Shown here: positions 24,844 through 26,489 of the stretch, piece after piece
How positions within the stretch are numbered: position 1 is the stretch's first letter
Layout of the letters: each line of letters begins with the position of its first letter
Assembly (NCBI GenBank): GCA_003221005.1
Contig: QHTZ01000102.1
Span: forward strand, 1 to 26,489
DNA length: 26,489 nucleotides
Direction: 5' to 3'
Source: Gemmatimonadota bacterium
GTDB taxonomy: Bacteria > Gemmatimonadota > Gemmatimonadetes > Gemmatimonadales > GWC2-71-9
Position numbers and translations under genes: made by a program
Notes under the pieces: model-generated
What the model was told of the DNA's origin: nothing
Database searches by the model: none
What the model saw: only the letters and a program-made list of their open reading frames with translations

Positions 24844-26450
24844 CGGCGCGAGTGGTGGGAGTCTTCCCTCCACGGGCGCGCGCCCTCCGGCGCCGCCTGT
24901 TCGATGCCCTCGAGCTCGCCTTTCCCATTCGGTTCGAGGGCCGTGATCAAGGCGACTTCGGAGGCCTCGATGCCGCCGTTTTCGTGGACGCACCGGCGCC
25001 AACCCAACGCCCACCATGTCCCTCTCTCTGGTTCGAACGCGGTGACGTCGAACGTCCGCAGAACGGTAAAGTCCGGCTCTCGAGTGACACGTTGCTCGAT
25101 GGACGCCTGAGGGGTCGGGTCCTGACGGATGGCGAGGCCGACGCCGCACCGGTCCTGCGTCCATCTTTCCCCGCGCGTGTGCTTGCGGCCACGGCGAACG
25201 GCCCGGTATGGGTTACTTCGCAGGACGCCGGGCCGCCGCGTCGCTACCTCGCCGCGTTCGCCCCCGCCGAGCTGGAAGTGGACGAGCCGCTGCGCGCGCG
25301 TTTCCGATCCGGATCATTCATCGGTCTGCTTCCACTCGTGCACCTTCTGCGCGAGATCAACACCGAGTGGTCCTGGTCCGATCCGCCACCCCGCGCTTGC
25401 TTCATCATCGACGACCCCAACCTCCACTCCCTGACCTACGGCCACGTCGACTTTCGCCGCCTGGTGGCGCATGCCGCGCGTGGCGGCTACCACGTGGCCA
25501 TTGCCAGCACTCCCATCGACTATGGCTTTGTGCACCCGGCGGCGCGCGCCCTCTTCGCCGCCCACACAGGACAGATCTCGCTGGCGATTCACGGCAACAA
25601 CCACGAGCGGCACGAGTTGTCCGGCGTTCGCAGTGAGGCGGAGGCGCTGGCCATCGCCGCGCAAGCCATCCGCCGCAGCGAGCGCCTCGAGCGGCAGTCA
25701 GGCCTGCGTGTCCCGCGGGTCATGTGCGCGCCACATGAAGAGTGCGGCCGGCTCATGCAGACCGCTCTTTTTCGTCTCGGGTTCGACGCCCTGTGCAAGG
25801 AGCCGAGCTGGCGAGTCAGCCACGATGCCGACAACCCCGAAGCCGTCCTCACCGGATGGGAGCCCGCTCAGACGCTCGCGGGCCTGCCCGTCCTCCCTCG
25901 CTATCGACTGTTGGGCGACGAGGAGGACCTGGTCTTCCGCTCATACCTGAACCTTCCGATTCTTCTGTACTTCCACCACTGGGACCTCGCCGGCGGGCCG
26001 GAAGTGCTCGATGCCGCCGCTGACCTCGTCAACCGCGTCCGGCCGCACGATTGGATGTCGCTTGCCGACTTGTGCCGATCCAACGTGGTCTCCCGCCGAA
26101 CGGGCGAGACGCTGGTCGTCAGGCCCTACGCGCGGCGGGTCTCGGTCCGTGTCGACGCAGATGTGCGGCGGATCGTCGTCGAAGCAGCACCGTCCGAACC
26201 GCCGGTCGAGGTACGCGTCTCGTGCGGCTCGCTGTCCACCCTCGGGCCGTCGGGGCGGTCGTTGTCCCTTTCTGGCCCCCTCGCCTCGCGGGCAGAGATT
26301 GAAATGGTGTCGGCGGAGGCTTTGTCCGGCGAGGCTTTCCCCCCACCGCCGCCACGGATGTGGCCAGCAGTTCGCCGAGCCATGACCGAATCCCGCGACC
26401 GTCTCGGGCCCCTGTCCGACCGGCTTTGGGGACGTCCCGCTAGCCGATAG
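24840..26450 (+). CDS. Hypothetical protein with a polysaccharide deacetylase-like domain
   Basis: ATG 24840 overlaps the FkbH stop (ATGA); ACFIIDDP, SLAIHGNNH, VMCAPHE and LYFHHWD follow the CE4-like motif order. Confidence 0.65.
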   Translation: MTARVVGVFPPRARALRRRLFDALELAFPIRFEGRDQGDFGGLDAAVFVDAPAPTQRPPCPSLWFERGDVERPQNGKVRLSSDTLLDGRLRGRVLTDGEADAAPVLRPSFPARVLAATANGPVWVTSQDAGPPRRYLAAFAPAELEVDEPLRARFRSGSFIGLLPLVHLLREINTEWSWSDPPPRACFIIDDPNLHSLTYGHVDFRRLVAHAARGGYHVAIASTPIDYGFVHPAARALFAAHTGQISLAIHGNNHERHELSGVRSEAEALAIAAQAIRRSERLERQSGLRVPRVMCAPHEECGRLMQTALFRLGFDALCKEPSWRVSHDADNPEAVLTGWEPAQTLAGLPVLPRYRLLGDEEDLVFRSYLNLPILLYFHHWDLAGGPEVLDAAADLVNRVRPHDWMSLADLCRSNVVSRRTGETLVVRPYARRVSVRVDADVRRIVVEAAPSEPPVEVRVSCGSLSTLGPSGRSLSLSGPLASRAEIEMVSAEALSGEAFPPPPPRMWPAVRRAMTESRDRLGPLSDRLWGRPASR

Positions 26451-26458
26451 CCCCGGCG

Positions 26459-26489
26459 TTACAGCTCGATCAGTGCCTTGCGGACGGCG
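26459..26489 (-). CDS. Possible 3' end of a convergent gene entering from the right edge (...AVRKALIEL*)
   Basis: Short open frame with GC-rich third positions ending in TAA 8 nt from the previous stop; too short to be sure. Confidence 0.3.
   Translation of the reverse strand, partial: AVRKALIEL

Noticed and set aside
1-26489. CRISPR arrays, tRNA/rRNA, IS elements, integrases, long tandem repeats
   Set aside because: None seen; the window is almost fully coding and the intergenic gaps are short.

Overview
GC-rich bacterial window filled by one surface-polysaccharide (EPS/capsule) biosynthesis and decoration locus, split into about ten short divergent or convergent transcription units. Core Wzx/Wzy machinery: priming sugar-phosphate transferase, GT2 and GT4 glycosyltransferases, Wzx flippase, Wzy-like polymerase, and a Wzz/Wzc-like co-polymerase with a degenerate kinase domain. 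Sugar tailoring: Gfo/Idh/MocA dehydrogenase, DegT-family aminotransferase and WbpD/WxcM-like acetyltransferase. Decoration genes: two SAM methyltransferases, an FAD oxidoreductase coupled to an ATP-grasp ligase, a GT4/deacetylase-like fusion, a second deacetylase-like protein, a frameshifted GT-C membrane glycosyltransferase, a secreted GH5, a secreted DMFase-beta-like protein, and an FkbH + ACP + Sfp-PPTase + VOC + left-handed beta-helix acyltransferase module. The most striking non-coding signal is a promoter architecture repeated across the intergenic regions: (G)CYCAT(TT)-N19/20-TANNNT, often with GGGACT 28-29 nt upstream and a leaderless start 7-8 nt after the -10 box. Two of these leaderless starts open short uORFs that end at the start of the main gene. 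No RNA genes, CRISPR arrays or mobile elements were seen. All calls come from reading motifs by eye; no database search was run.
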